NCBI GenBank assembly: GCA_965645245.1
Contig: OZ287088.1
Span: 310,001 to 374,000 of the forward strand
Reading direction: 5' to 3'
Source: Massalongia carnosa
Lineage: Eukaryota
Length of the DNA: 64,000 nucleotides
The translations under genes were made by a program, and so were the position numbers. Shown one piece after another: positions 1 to 12,117 of the stretch (positions are counted from its first letter, which is position 1; each line of letters begins with the position of its first letter). Below the pieces are notes generated by a model. That model was not told where the DNA came from, ran no database searches, and saw only the letters and a program-made list of their open reading frames with translations.

Positions 1-355
1 CTATCTTTTCTGAGCGTATCTGAATGGCTAGCGCACTCTCCGCTTTGGCTAGAGTTTCGTGCAATTTGATGCGTTTTTTGGAGAGTGAACCTGATTGTGC
101 CGGGGTGGGAACGGGTGTGCGTTCCTGATATGATCTCCAGTTAATATTGATATATTTAATCCAAGAAATATAATTATAGTTATAAGCATTAATTAAATTT
201 CGATTACATATTTGATAAAGAGATTGCTCTCTTAAGTAATCGAAATAACTAATATAAATATTTCGAATTTAAAAAAAAACAAACAACTTCGTCGATCAAA
301 TTCCGATTAATTCCTGTCGAAACTCTCGCATGTCACGAATCGAATCGCACGAACC

Positions 356-2440
356 CTAGGCCAAGGAAATCTCTCGAATTTTCAAGTCTTCCCTCAACAT
401 GGCTTCTCCGTACATAATACCGTGACAGTAGCATTCACCGACCAGCACAAAACTCTCCCCTGCTCGGCGTAGGACGAAGGGGACGTTAGCGCCTTTGAGG
501 ATACAGACAAGGTCCCCGGCCACCGTCCTGCTGGGCGCAAGCCCAATATATCCTTCTTGCGTGGCGAAGAACCGCCGACCTGCTATGGCCAGCCCAAAGT
601 TCTCGTCGTATACCCTGGCACGCGCAAAATGTTCCCCCATCGTAGAGTGAAATGTGTCTTCTGGATTCTGCATCATTCTAACCACCGTGCGCCACGATGA
701 GTAGTTGTCGTGATAGCTTCTAGGAACACGTTCGCCTGTGGTGGTGGTATTGCAGATCAGTGTTCTCCAGAAGGCGTCGGTCATTCTTCCACCTGCTATG
801 TAATCAGGGTACGCACGCTGCTGCTTGGCCAGTGCCTCCGCTTCGGCATGCAGATGTTCGCCAAACGTGAACTCGGACCATCGCGTTTGAAGCTGCTCTG
901 CAGTCCAGCCAGAGGTTACCCAGTCCGGAATCGCCGATTGTCGATTCAGTTGTGGCACGACTTCTGCTGTCGTGTGGGCCGTTCCCAAATTTTCAATCAC
1001 ATCAACGATTTTCCCTAGAACGGTTAGAATGGAGCCTCCGTAAGTGAGACAGGCATATCCTGGAGTTGGGACATTTACGGGGCAGGACGGATGCATCACG
1101 AGAGCTTTCAACATTGCAAAAAGAGTCTGGTAGAGAGCTTTCAACATTGCAAAAAGAGTCTGGTAGTGGAGAGTTTGCGCAATAGCACCTTCTTGGTGCG
1201 TAATCAACGCATTGGTCATACCTGAAGCTTGAAAAGCTGTGGGAAATGTTATACCGTAAGCAATAACTTGAGGTGACACTGTCCAATCCGGCGTCCAGGA
1301 CGGCAGGTTAGAAATACCACCTTGAAGGCCAGCAGCGGACAAAATCTGCAGAGACGAATACTGATTGATTGATGTCCATGCAAAGGAGGTGTAAATTTCT
1401 TTTACTTCTCTTGTGTAATCTGGTCGGTATGCCGGGTGATTCCCATCGCTCGAGATGCCCACAAGCGCAAAGATGTGATCCTTCTCTTCTGTAGTTAAGC
1501 TGTCTCGAAAGCGGCAAAGTAGTTCAAAAAGTGTCAACGGAGTCTTCTGCCATAAGTTAAGGCGTTGAACGCTCATGAAATAGGCCTGTTGAAGCCCGTT
1601 GAGCTTCCATTCGCTTTCTACATTCCTTAGTCGAGCATTCTCAAGCTGAGCGGACTTGACTAGGCTGATTAGGTTAGTCTTGATCAGCAGTTCGGGAAGC
1701 TGCCACAGTGGATCCCATGGAATGATCAGAGGCCCTTTCATAAGACCAATCTCTTTGGCGGAGGCTACCTCCTGAATCACCCATTTACGAGTGAACCAAG
1801 ACTCTTGGTAGAAATCACCCAGCCTTACCCAGTCCTCGGAAGCGGCTGGAGGGATCTGACCAGCATCCCTCAAAGCAACAATGTCAAGACTATGTGGATC
1901 TCGACCTTTTGTCGCCTCACTCAAATTCTTGTGCAGACCATCGATCAGCTTAATCAAACCCTGATCAGTGTTCTCGCGCGGCCCAAGCCATACGAGGACG
2001 ATAAAAGCTGACTGGTAAATCTGCCTCATTAGCTGTACTTGCTGACTTCTTTCGGCTAGATTCGATTGATCGATGCAGATGGCGTCTGCCCATATCCATA
2101 CGCTGTACCCAAAGGGATCATCGGTGTCGAAGGAACCTTGCAAAGGCTCCGTTGCCAGACAAAGCAGCGCAGAGTATAGGTTCCGAGGGATCATGACTGT
2201 CTGACCATTGCTACCGCATCGAATTGGAACCTTGTCATCGGGAGAACCCCAAGTATAAGACATTGCAATATATTCTGATTCAGTCAAATCGTTAAGAGAC
2301 ACTTCTTTCATGATAAACTGGAGTTCGATGCTAGTGGCACCTGGAATCAGGTGCAGGAGGCGGAAGCAATCAATGCCAGATAAATTTCTGTATTGATAAT
2401 GCGGAGTGGAAGGCATATCGCTATTATCGCTGCAAGGCAT
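356..2440 (-). CDS. HET-domain (heterokaryon incompatibility, HET-6-like) protein
   Basis: ORF 356-2506 has HET motifs RLLHLIPG, YIAMSYTWG, WADAICIDQ..ERSQQVQLMRQIY, WFTRKWVIQE, LPSWTPDW and the C-terminal GRRFFAT..GYIGL..GDLVCIL..PFVLR..LVGECYCHGIMYGE. Start is more likely ATG 2440 or 2416. A 162-nt in-frame intron at 1060-1221 is possible. Confidence 0.9.
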   Translation of the reverse strand: MPCSDNSDMPSTPHYQYRNLSGIDCFRLLHLIPGATSIELQFIMKEVSLNDLTESEYIAMSYTWGSPDDKVPIRCGSNGQTVMIPRNLYSALLCLATEPLQGSFDTDDPFGYSVWIWADAICIDQSNLAERSQQVQLMRQIYQSAFIVLVWLGPRENTDQGLIKLIDGLHKNLSEATKGRDPHSLDIVALRDAGQIPPAASEDWVRLGDFYQESWFTRKWVIQEVASAKEIGLMKGPLIIPWDPLWQLPELLIKTNLISLVKSAQLENARLRNVESEWKLNGLQQAYFMSVQRLNLWQKTPLTLFELLCRFRDSLTTEEKDHIFALVGISSDGNHPAYRPDYTREVKEIYTSFAWTSINQYSSLQILSAAGLQGGISNLPSWTPDWTVSPQVIAYGITFPTAFQASGMTNALITHQEGAIAQTLHYQTLFAMLKALYQTLFAMLKALVMHPSCPVNVPTPGYACLTYGGSILTVLGKIVDVIENLGTAHTTAEVVPQLNRQSAIPDWVTSGWTAEQLQTRWSEFTFGEHLHAEAEALAKQQRAYPDYIAGGRMTDAFWRTLICNTTTTGERVPRSYHDNYSSWRTVVRMMQNPEDTFHSTMGEHFARARVYDENFGLAIAGRRFFATQEGYIGLAPSRTVAGDLVCILKGANVPFVLRRAGESFVLVGECYCHGIMYGEAMLREDLKIREISLA
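1101..1166. repeat. Perfect 33-bp tandem duplication inside the HET ORF
   Basis: agagctttcaacattgcaaaaagagtctggtag occurs twice (YQTLFAMLKAL x2). Confidence 0.95.
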
Positions 2441-3569
2441 ATCTATGGTAAAAACGAACGCTAGTACTTTTTGTACAAGTATCTTAAAGAGGAGCAGCAA
2501 GAACATTCATGCACTACGATCCTTAAAGTAATTCGGCTAGGGCGAAAGGTAATGCCGGGACCGAGTGGAGGCAGGCCGTGGATAGCCGACGAAGGCCGAA
2601 GGTCGAAGGGAGATGATGTTCAAATAGTTGGACTGGAAGGGGAAAAAGAGCATAAATAGGTGGCCTTTGGCACTCTTCTCCTCATCATCACCATTGATTC
2701 GGAGTTCAGCACCAAAAGGTCTTTTGAAATAAGAACCATCGACATTTGCCCAACCTCATTCCATCGCTGAAACCACCGCTGAAACCACCCCCCTCCCCAA
2801 ACACCCCTACCAAACCAAGCTCATTATGCCGTCCCATCGCCCTCAAAGGGTCACCAAGCCTTCCACCCGCTCTAGAAGTGCCTCCGTACCCAGCCGACGT
2901 CTGAGCCGTTCCACCTAAGCTCCCGGGGGAGGCGCCATCGTCCCAGAATCCCATCCCCCTCCAGACATCCTAGGTTCGGAAAGAACACTCCGGGGCGACA
3001 TGGTGAAGGTCGAACAAATACCAGATCCAACCCAGGACCTACTATTGGACCTTAGGGCCCAGCAGGAGGCCAACGACAGCACTCAGGCAGGCGGAGACCC
3101 GTCACCTCCAGAAACAAATCGCCGACAACCTAGCGGCGATTCAGGGCCTAAGAAAAGGAAACGCAGTTCTCGGGAGTCGGCAGAAGGCATCCACCCCCCT
3201 TCTGAACTAGCTACTACCCACTGAAAGAGAAGGTACGAACCCATGTCTCCTTCCCCTAAGCATCGAGTACCCTGCCATAACCAGTATTTATTTTCGACAA
3301 ATTCTAAGTGTTGGAACTGTGACTGCAACAGGCTGAATGGTAGCACTGGGCAATTGATATGACTAGTTCGACAAACGAGTTCTTGCACATGCAAAACAAA
3401 CTGGGAGAAACGATTGACTTTCTACCACTACGTAGGGTAAAACTGCTCCTATTTATGCCCGTCCACCAGCGATTCCAGAAGCTTCCATTTCCATCTCATC
3501 GGTTCCTTCTTCCGATGCGCTTTCTGACTTCATACAAATTTGCCACCGCCACAAGCCTTTCATTGCCGA

Positions 3570-3935
3570 TTGCCTCAGACGTGCCTGGCTAAGCCCCTTC
3601 GGATTAGCATTACAGAACGTTAAGCCCCTTCGGGTTAACAGGCTGACTACGCAGCACATAGTGGTAGTATGGCGTCTAGAGAGATCAGATGGTCTGCACT
3701 TTCCAAGGCTGGCACCTTCCTATTAGTTAGTTACCTTAGACTAGTGCTGGTAAAACTGGCCTGGGAAAAATATCATCTGCTTTCTACCTTCAGAACGCTT
3801 TTCGGGTCGAGGGTTTTTCTCACATCTGTAGCAAACCACGTTAGTCAGCTGGGACGCTAATCCGAAAGAGCTTAGCGAAATAGGCTAACCCGGAGGGGCT
3901 TAGACGGCTGCTAGAGCCTACGCACGTCTGGGCAA
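3570..3935. mobile_element. Miniature non-autonomous derivative of the AcademH-like family
   Basis: Ends ttgcctcagacgtgc ... gcacgtctgggcaa. Internal gctaagccccttcggattagc and gctaacccggaggggcttag hairpins match the termini of 54323-60319. Flanks attgccga / cttgccga form an 8-bp TSD with 1 mismatch. No coding capacity. Confidence 0.75.
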
Positions 3936-4378
3936 CTTGCCGAGTGTAGATGCAAATTGCTTTGTCAGCTGGTTTCGGTACTTGGCATCGGTTGCCGTTT
4001 TAACATGTCTCTCAATCTGGTCACAACGAAGATGAAGTTGATAAAGAGAATGATAATGACTCTAATGACAATAATAGCGACCTAGTGAAACGTAGCCACC
4101 TTGTGTTTATTGCTATTCTAGTGTTTGGGCAAAGTCCTGACCCTAGGGTGTGGCATGACACCGTTCGTGCGCCGTCCGCGCCGGGTACGGAGCCGCAACG
4201 GGTAGGCTACGGGGTCCATGGACGTTGTAGATGTGAACCCTGGGGTCAAGACATACTCCCAAAACCCCAAAACCGTGTTTCTCGCAGAGGAATCGTTTAG
4301 AGCGTGCGAAGTCTCGCGATGGTGTGGGTGCGGTGTGCATGTGGTGAGGGTTCGGGTAGGGTGCGGGACATGTGGTAT

Positions 4379-5340
4379 TCAGCCTCTTTGATGTCGTCTC
4401 GAGGCATTCCATATGATTGAGGGGTTTGTGTGTATGTATAATCGGTAGGCGTCTGATTTCCAGCGTCCTAGCAGCTTGATTTCATCCTCGTTTAGGCCGG
4501 CGTTTTTCGCGGAGGTGGCGGCCCCTCTCCGAAAGGAGTGACCTGAATAATTTCCCTGATACCCCTTGTCTTTTAGAACGTCTCGTAATGCTTTAGTGAC
4601 AAAGTTTCGCGTGAAAGCCTTTTTTGGATAGAACATAGGTTGGGTGAGATCTGTTGGAAAACGTTCGATCAGATTTCTCAATGATCGGATTGGGCAGGCT
4701 TCGTCGTTGACGGCCGCTACTGTAACTGTGACCCCTTATCGGAAGGGATCCGTCTTGGAGGCGGGAAGGGTCAGCTGTAATCTGCCCTCGCTCAGTAATA
4801 GTGAACCTCTGGTTATGTGCCATTGGGCAAAGTCGTCTCCCCACATGTTTTCTTCCCATGTGAATTCTCCGATACGTAAGAAGGCCGCGAAGGCTAAACA
4901 GAAGGCCGCGTGCAGTGTGGCTCCCCTTAAGGAATTTTGATCAAAAGTACTAACGATCTCTTCTAGGATGGATCGGGTTATAGGACGACGTTCTCGCGGC
5001 TGGGCGGCGGGACGGAGCCGGCGTATGGCTGCCACGATTCTCTCTAGTTGGGGATGATGGAAAATGTCTAATTCGGCCTTCGACGCGCCTCGGTCGACTT
5101 GATAAGATCTGATGCCGCTTAAGTATTGTTTTATGGTTTTTGGGTTAATTCCCTTGTCGCCTAAATGAGCTGCCCAGTCGCATAATGAGCGAATGGACGG
5201 AGGAAAGGGGACGTGATTCCATATCACGTAGTATTCGGTGTAGCTTCGTCGTGCCTGCTCGTACGATGTTCTAGTCCCTACAGCTAGGCCCCACCATAGA
5301 TATCTCGCTGCTGAGTTTGGCAGTTCTTGGTTTTGGAACC
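4379..5340 (-). pseudogene. Tyrosine recombinase of YR retrotransposon copy 1
   Basis: FLRIGEF (R), SKTD (K), HSFRRGAAT (HxxR), LGRWKSDAYRLY (W/Y). Premature stop at 4736; 5' boundary approximate. Confidence 0.9.
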
Positions 5341-5393
5341 AGTGTTCCGGTGGTTCACCGATTGTGCCCCGTGGGCTAATGTCAAGTCCTGTA

Positions 5394-7600
5394 CTAAAGG
5401 ATAGTTGTCAGCAATTTTGTTCCATGGACCGCGGGAAAGTATATCTGCCAGAGTATTAGTCTTGATGAGATCCAATATGATTCAATGACGATGTCATGTA
5501 ATGCTAGTAGCATGGCAATATCCCGTAGGGGTTTCATGGCCGGGCCGCGTATGGAGCCGTTGCGTAGTCCATTTACGACCGCTTGATTGTCGCCATATGA
5601 CAAGTTTGGATCCTTTAAAATAGGTAACCATTTGCGCAGTGCGTGTAATACAGCCATCATTTCTTTGACATTGATATGTTTCTTCATGTCTCTGGACGAG
5701 GTCATTATCGAGAATACTTCAGTGCGTGTAATACAGCCATCATTTCTTTGACATTGATATGTTTCTTCATGTCTCTGGACGAGGTCCTTATCGAGAATAC
5801 TTCGGCGGACGAGACTAGAGATTCCTTTGAATGTCCTTCGTCGATCGTTCCGACTATTTTGCTATGCGCCATGCGTGACGCGGCATGTTCCCGGACGAGG
5901 TCCGATGAACCTTTGATACCTCGAGCAGATGCAGCGAGAAATTCTTTGGAATTTTCTTCGTCTGTCAGCCCGGCCATCCGCATCGAAGACACCTCGGCAG
6001 ACACCTCCAGAAATTCGCTGTAATTTCCTTCTTCGGTTATCTCGGTTGTCCCGGACTTAAAGGTGCGCATTGCGATGTCCCCGGACGAGGTCCGTATGGC
6101 TGACGTCTCGGCAGGTGTGACTAGGAATTCGTTGAAATTCTCGTCGTCTATCACCCCGACTATCCCCTGAGACTACGAGACCCGGACATCTTGTATCCTT
6201 AACTCGTTGTCTGAAGACGTCTCGAAAGAGATTGAGTTCTTCTTCTTTGAAGGCATCCAATGCGAGGGTCTCGTGAGAACACCTCGTCTTGGGAGAGATA
6301 CCTCGGCAAACGCACGCTGTGTTTCGGTTGTCTCTAGTGTTTGTGTATTTGAATGACGAGAAAGCGTGCCCGCTTCGGTGGAGTGTGGGGTTCGGTGCAC
6401 CGAATAGTACCCGCCAATTCCCCATGTTCCCGAAGCGTCTGGCCCTAGACGAATTTCCTCTCTAGTGTTCAGCGATCGTAAGATTTGAACGCCGTTCCAT
6501 CGGGGCAAGAAGTATTGCCACCATAATAGATCTAGTCGCATGTCGCCGGCTATGCGGATCCGACCCGTGTCTTCGCCGAGGGCGGTAAATAGGCGGTGTA
6601 AAAAGGCTCTGCCTGGTTTGACCACTTTGGCCGCAAATGATAGAAAACCCCAGAAGGGAACTTAGTTCGTCTTTGGACATATAGTCTTGCGTCAATGCGC
6701 TGTTGACCCATTCGATGGCCTTTTTTAATTTGTCGGGAGGTAGGCGGGCTTCCATGCGTTGGGTGTCTAGTGTTAACCCGAGAAAATCGCAGATTTGCCC
6801 CGTCTCTCCCTTTGATGCGTTTATACGCATGCCCAACTCGTCGCACAACGTGTCGAACGCGGACTCGTAACGGGATGCCTCCTCGCTCGTCTTGACAATC
6901 GCGAGGAAGTCATCTAAGTAATGTAGGACTAGCCAGTTCTGAACGACTAATATCAAGTTTATTCCCTTCGCGAAGAGATCGAAGATAAATGGGGAGGCAC
7001 GAAGACCAAATGGGAGGAAGATGTCCATCCAATAAGAATTGTTCCACTGAAAACCCAGTAGCCACCAGTCCGCTCTTGCGACGGGTATGTGCCGGAAGGC
7101 GTCCGCGAGGTCGCGTTTCACGAGGTATGCTCCTTGTCCGACGTCAAGAAGAGCTTCTAGTGCTTCGTCAAATGACGTGTACTCTAGGGCGCCCCATTCA
7201 GCGGGAATGTGATAATTGACCGAGCCCTTGCGTGGATGAGACAGATGATGAATTCTTCGCCATTTGCCATTGGGGTTGGGGACGAGGCCCAGTGGGGAGG
7301 ACATAAAGTGAGGCGGTGGTTCCCGTACGGGTACTACACGGTGAAGTTGAATCTGTTCGTCCAGATCTTTGGACAACACCTCGGGTGCATCTTTGGCAGA
7401 AGATAGGTTCGGGCTTATGATACGCTGTTTTGGCCCTGTGTAGCCAATCCTTGCCCCACATCGCATGATGTTAAGAATTGTCCTTCTATAGACACTGTCT
7501 GGATGTTTCTCCAATCGTCGTTTCCATCCCGCTGACTTAAGTGGGCATCGTACCTCGTTCGCATCCGCGTCGGTGTCTATCCGATATGGAAAACCCTCGG
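5394..7600 (-). pseudogene. RT-RNase H of YR retrotransposon copy 1
   Basis: KWRRIHHLS, KRDLADAFRHIP, LPFGLRASP, HYLDDF, DASGTWG, HINVKE, GDNQAVV. Frameshifts and stops present; boundaries approximate. Confidence 0.9.
5637..5802. repeat. 83-bp tandem duplication disrupting RNase H of copy 1
   Basis: cagtgcgtgtaatacagcc...gagaatactt repeated at 5637 and 5720; single in copy 2. Confidence 0.9.
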
Positions 7601-7631
7601 AAATGAACGAGAGAGCGCTTGAGACGGATAG

Positions 7632-8776
7632 TCAACTGAGCTTGCTTTGCTGTGGAGGATATGGATTGACGCGCATGCGACAATCGCGTTGCGTATGCTG
7701 GCGTCCGCATGACGCGCAAACGTGACGAAATGTGCAGTTGCTTGGACAATCGCCGCCGTTATTGTATCGTCTGCACGCTGCTATGCCGCGTTGATCGTCT
7801 TGACTTGACGTGCGTTGAACGAGCGAATTCGTGCTCTGTGTTCGACGAAGATTGGGGCCAGCGTTGTAATCGATTTTTCGACGGAGATTTCGTTCTTCTA
7901 AACCTCTGTTCGGGGTCCGCCATTCGCGCGGGTCGTCCACGCCCTCCACGAGGCGGGCTTTATGAAAGCCGAAGTAGAATTGACGAATTGATTCGAACGT
8001 GTATAGAAGAGACCATCCTAGCAATTGATCGATGTAGACGTGCATTGCCGCTTGAAGTTGTTAGAATGTACAAATCAGGCTACTTCATTTCAGCCGCACT
8101 CACCTTCTACCGCACGAGTATGGCGCACGCTAATGGCTAGACGTATCGCTAGTCTAATACTAGCATACCGTACATTGTCTATAAATCTAGCTATTCCCAC
8201 TATATAGAACAATAGCAAGCGTTCTATCTATCTACTATACTACCTTTTGATAGAAGTTCCATTTGTGTGCCCGCGTGAGCGATGTGAATGACGATTTGAA
8301 AGTATACGAGAAACGCGCGAAGAAGATGTGTGATTCCTCGTGCGTCCGAGGCTAGGGCGTCCTCTTCCCGATATTCCACCCTCAGCATGAAATGTCGCGA
8401 ACGCGCTCGGTCTCGCTGGTAGTATTAAAGAATTTGTGGGTGGTGCGGATTCTGTGCGTGACAGCACCGCTTCGTCTCTGAGACGTTGTATCTCGCGTTC
8501 GAGCTCTGCCTCCTCTTGCTCGATTTCTCTGGCTTTTGCTTCGGCTCGTAGCCTTTCGGCTTCTGCCATAAGGGCCGCGTGACGGTCTGGAGGCGGGATT
8601 GCCTCGGGGGAGGAGTGGCGTTACTCATTTTCTATTGTGGCCTCTCTAGAGTCTGATTGAGGTGTGACTCGGCCTCCCCGGCCGCGTGTGCCTCTGCCTC
8701 GACCCCGACTGCCGGTCGCACCACGGGGAGGATTCGTCTGGCAATTCTCTCGCCCGCTTTGACTGCGTGTGTTCAT
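7632..8776 (-). pseudogene. Gag-like ORF1 of YR retrotransposon copy 1
   Basis: Matches 27881-28996 (coiled coil; CRRYNNGGDC..C..H..C..C..H..C finger). Has an internal deletion near 8378 and a solo-LTR insertion. Confidence 0.85.
8059..8252. mobile_element. Solo LTR (194 bp) inserted in YR gag
   Basis: TGTTAG...TTGATA with 5-bp TSD gaagt (8054-8058, 8253-8257). Absent from copy 2. Confidence 0.75.
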
Positions 8777-9068
8777 GATGTGAATAGAATATGAATAATA
8801 TGTTTGCGTGTGTGTGAGTGTGTGTGTGTAGAAACAGCGAAACACGATTTTTGATGAGTGTTGATGAGGAAAGAGAGAAGAGATGGCGGGATGGAGGAGG
8901 TGAAGAGTTTTTCACCTCCCTGCTAGCGTCCGGCCCTATCCCGCCACGCCCTTGAAAAAAAAACTGGCAACGTGTAAGCGAGCTTACCCCACTAAATTTT
9001 ACCCCTTTTTATCAACATTTCACCTTTACATTGCGATAACCAGTCAATTGAAAGCTATTTACATCAAA

Positions 9069-10175
9069 TTAATGACCAGTCATGGCCCCCTCAGCTGAGA
9101 TGACGTCCTTTAGCCGTTGAGGCATTGATCGTACTCTCTAATTAATAAACTCCTGACTGACTGTCGCCCAGCCCTCACAAATCAATGCTTTTAAGCTCGC
9201 TTCGTCCCAATGAGGATACTTTTTAATATGCTGCTTTGTGGGCTGCCAGCAGTTTTCTATAGGAGCCTAATCAGGTGAAGAAGAGCAGTTGAAATAATGT
9301 TCTAAACGATGATCCTACTTCCATTTCTTGACTGCGTTTCTCGTCCTGCCTGTGCCATGCCCGGAATCACCATCTTCTTCGATCACAAAATCATCCCCTC
9401 GCTCTAGCCACGGCTTGACAACGGGCTCAAGTATTGAGTTAATGTATACTTGATGCGTCATCTTGCCATTGCTGTTGCCCGGCACTTCGTAGAATATAAT
9501 ATCCGACTTGAAGTTGTAGCCTACAGCCGCCCAACAATGCAGTCTCTTTCGATCTTTCTCCGCTGGCGCATCACGATGTTGTATACAATCCCATCTATAG
9601 CGTGTGCCTGGCTGACGTATGATGCGTAATTTGCCCTCGGGCCCGTAGGAGAAATGAACATCGTCACTAAATCGTACTCGATACCAATCTTCTGGTTTAG
9701 GATATTTGGCCAGCATTATATGAGCGTATTCCACCCGTTTTTGCATAGGAGGGTCGGCCAGCCATCCTTTGACGCAGGCTAGACATTTCTCGTAATTCAA
9801 TGCAGCACGTAGCACATTATGCATTGTACGACCCACAACATCTGCTCCAACTTCCATCGCAACTTGTTCCCATGTCAAGCGTTTTCCTTCGAGTTGTAGC
9901 TCATCTTCCTGAAGCAGCCGATCAGCCTCTCTTACTTGCTCGCCTGTGATTTTTGATCGTCTTCCTCGCGTTTCTATAAGCTCTGTATGATGACGAGTAC
10001 GTGTCGAAGCTCCTTTGCGAATAATTCTGTAGCCAGCTCGTTCCGAAACGCCATACTTCTTGAAAAGATTTCGTGGATCATGTACGATGCCTTCATCAAG
10101 AAGATATTCATGAATTCCTTGAAGTTTAGCTCGAATGGGAGTATCGTAGTGAGTTGCACGTTGCTTACGAGGCAT
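9069..10175 (-). pseudogene. Tc1-like DDE transposase (DD38E), with in-frame stops
   Basis: MPRKQ start; WYRVRFSD, HCWAAVG, EEDGDSGH, SPD*APIENCW. Stops near 9315 and 9267. Confidence 0.88.
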
Positions 10176-10353
10176 GTTGGTGTGGATGGTTGATGAAAAT
10201 GGGGGGATTTTAAGGGTTCGGATACGGGGACACCGGGTAGGATGCATGTACACCGGCACGCGGGTGACAATAAATTGCAACGTGTAAGCGAATTTATCCC
10301 TGAATGCCCCATCAAAACACCTTCCTTTTTTTCAACTTTTTATCTCATCATCA

Positions 10354-11792
10354 ATGTCTCGACCCAAAAAGCCTCATTATGATACTCCCACAAAGGCCAA
10401 AGTTCAAGGAGCTTGTTGGGAATGCCAAGCCAGCTAGATCATATCTGACGTAATATGCGAATGCTCTCGCGTATTTTACTGATATGGGAATGGTTACATC
10501 TGAGAATTTCTGGTATCTTCGATGCTTAGAAATTCAGGTCTATAGACGTTCGAGGAGAATCTCGAATGTTCTATGATCATGTGTATATAACATCACTCCT
10601 ACGCATAGCTTAGAGATCAGTTGCAATAATCTGAATTATTCCATTCATAGAAGTTCTGTACTATCCAGAGACTTCTGGCACTCTGCCACCTATTTTCTGT
10701 GCATTGGGTCCATCGTTCTCCATCCATCCCTCCTATTTTAAACAGAGCTTATCAATTTCTCATCTCACATGCAATTCCATTCGATCCACGGGCCATTTTT
10801 CAGGAATTTGGCGTGGCCGAGCGCGCGGGCTATAACATCATCAAAAGCGGAGCTTCTTCTCGCACACGTCACAATTCTTCTCTCGTTGAGACTCGGGGTC
10901 GAAAGCGAAAGATTAGTGATGATCAGCTGAAGGAGGCAGATCACATTCTGCAGGATCAAGATCTACAATTGGAAGGAAAACGCTACACATGGGATGCTTT
11001 AGCACAGGAGATTGGGGCCGACGTGATGGGACGTACAATGAAGAGAACTCTTACAGCTGCCTTGAATTATCACAAATGTCTAGCCTGTGTCAAAGGGTGG
11101 CTGGCAATGGCATCAGAAGAAAGAAGAGAAGAATTTGCTACAGTTATGTTAAATAAATATCCTCGGTCCGAAGACTGGCATCGCGTACGATTCAGCGATG
11201 AGATTCATTTTGGCTACGGGCCTGAAGGACAGTTACGAATCATTCGTAAGCCCGGAACAAGATATCGTTGGGATTGTATTCAGCATCGTGATGCACCACC
11301 TGAGAAAGATCGTAAAAGAAAGCACTGCTGGGCAGCAGTTGGTTACAATTTCAAGTCGGATATCTACTTCTACGATGTGCCCAGCAATAGCAATGGAAAA
11401 TGACTCATCAGGTGTATATTGACGCTATTCTTGATCCCGTCGTCAAGCCCTGGTTGGAGCGTGGAGATGACTTCGTACTTGAAGAAGATGGAGACTCTGG
11501 TCATGGCACGGGCAAGACACGAAACGCGGTCAAAAAGTGGAAGTTAGATCACGATTTAGAGCACTATTTCAATTGTGCTTCATCTCCTGATCTAGCCTCC
11601 ATTGAAAATTGCTGGCAGCCCGCAAAGCAGCATGTTCGTAAATTTCCTCATTGGGACGATGCAAGTTTGGAGCAGCTGATTAGGGAGGGATGGGCTCGAG
11701 TCAGTCAGGAATTTATCAATGAAAGGGTGTTATCCATGCCCAAAAGATTGAAAGAGGTAAAAGATGCAAAGGGGGCGATGACTGGTTATTGA
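10354..11792 (+). pseudogene. Tc1-like DDE transposase (DD38E), split by a solo LTR and a frameshift near 11400
   Basis: MSRPKKPHYDTPTKAKVQGA|YQFL..., RFSDEIHF, EEDGDSGH, SPDLASIENCW. Paralogous to 9069-10175. Confidence 0.88.
10414..10744. mobile_element. Solo LTR (331 bp)
   Basis: TGTT...AACA with 5-bp TSD gagct (10409-10413, 10745-10749). Removing it restores the transposase frame. Confidence 0.85.
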
Positions 11793-12117
11793 TCTCATGT
11801 AATTTAGATGAATTTTATCAGCTATGCAGATGATGGTTGATGATGAGATGAAAATTTGAATAAAAAAGGGGGGGTAAATTCGCTTACACGTTGCAATTTA
11901 TTTTGTCACCCGCGTGACCGGGTAGGATGCATGTACACCGGGCACTTGATACATATACACCCTCTTCCCAAAAAGGTAAAGGGCCGGCACATTTCGCACC
12001 ACTTTACCTTTCTTGGTTAGCAGATGAAAAATCAGATGGTGATTTGAAAACTATGCGGCAATGAAGTTTTCAGCATTGATCTGTTGCATCTCATCAAGAT
12101 TGATAAGATGACATCTT

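Larger units (their letters stand above)
4082..8944 (-). mobile_element. Tyrosine-recombinase retrotransposon (DIRS/Ngaro-type ORFs), copy 1, decayed
   Basis: Gag with C-terminal Cys/His finger, RT, RNase H and YR on the minus strand. Near-identical to 27683-32464. The 3' end is TTCACTAG at 4082-4089; the 5' end is interrupted by the element starting at 8945. Confidence 0.92.
10257..11916 (+). mobile_element. Tc1/IS630-like DNA transposon C with CACG..CGTG termini, inserted in the MULE left TIR
   Basis: TIR cacgcgggtgacaataaattgcaacgtgtaagcgaattta and taaattcgcttacacgttgcaatttattttgtcacccgcgtg. Flanked by a 25-bp direct repeat (10232-10256, 11917-11941). Confidence 0.9.

Noticed and set aside
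2826..3224. Small basic protein gene
   Set aside because: It has an in-frame stop, low complexity and no recognisable motif.
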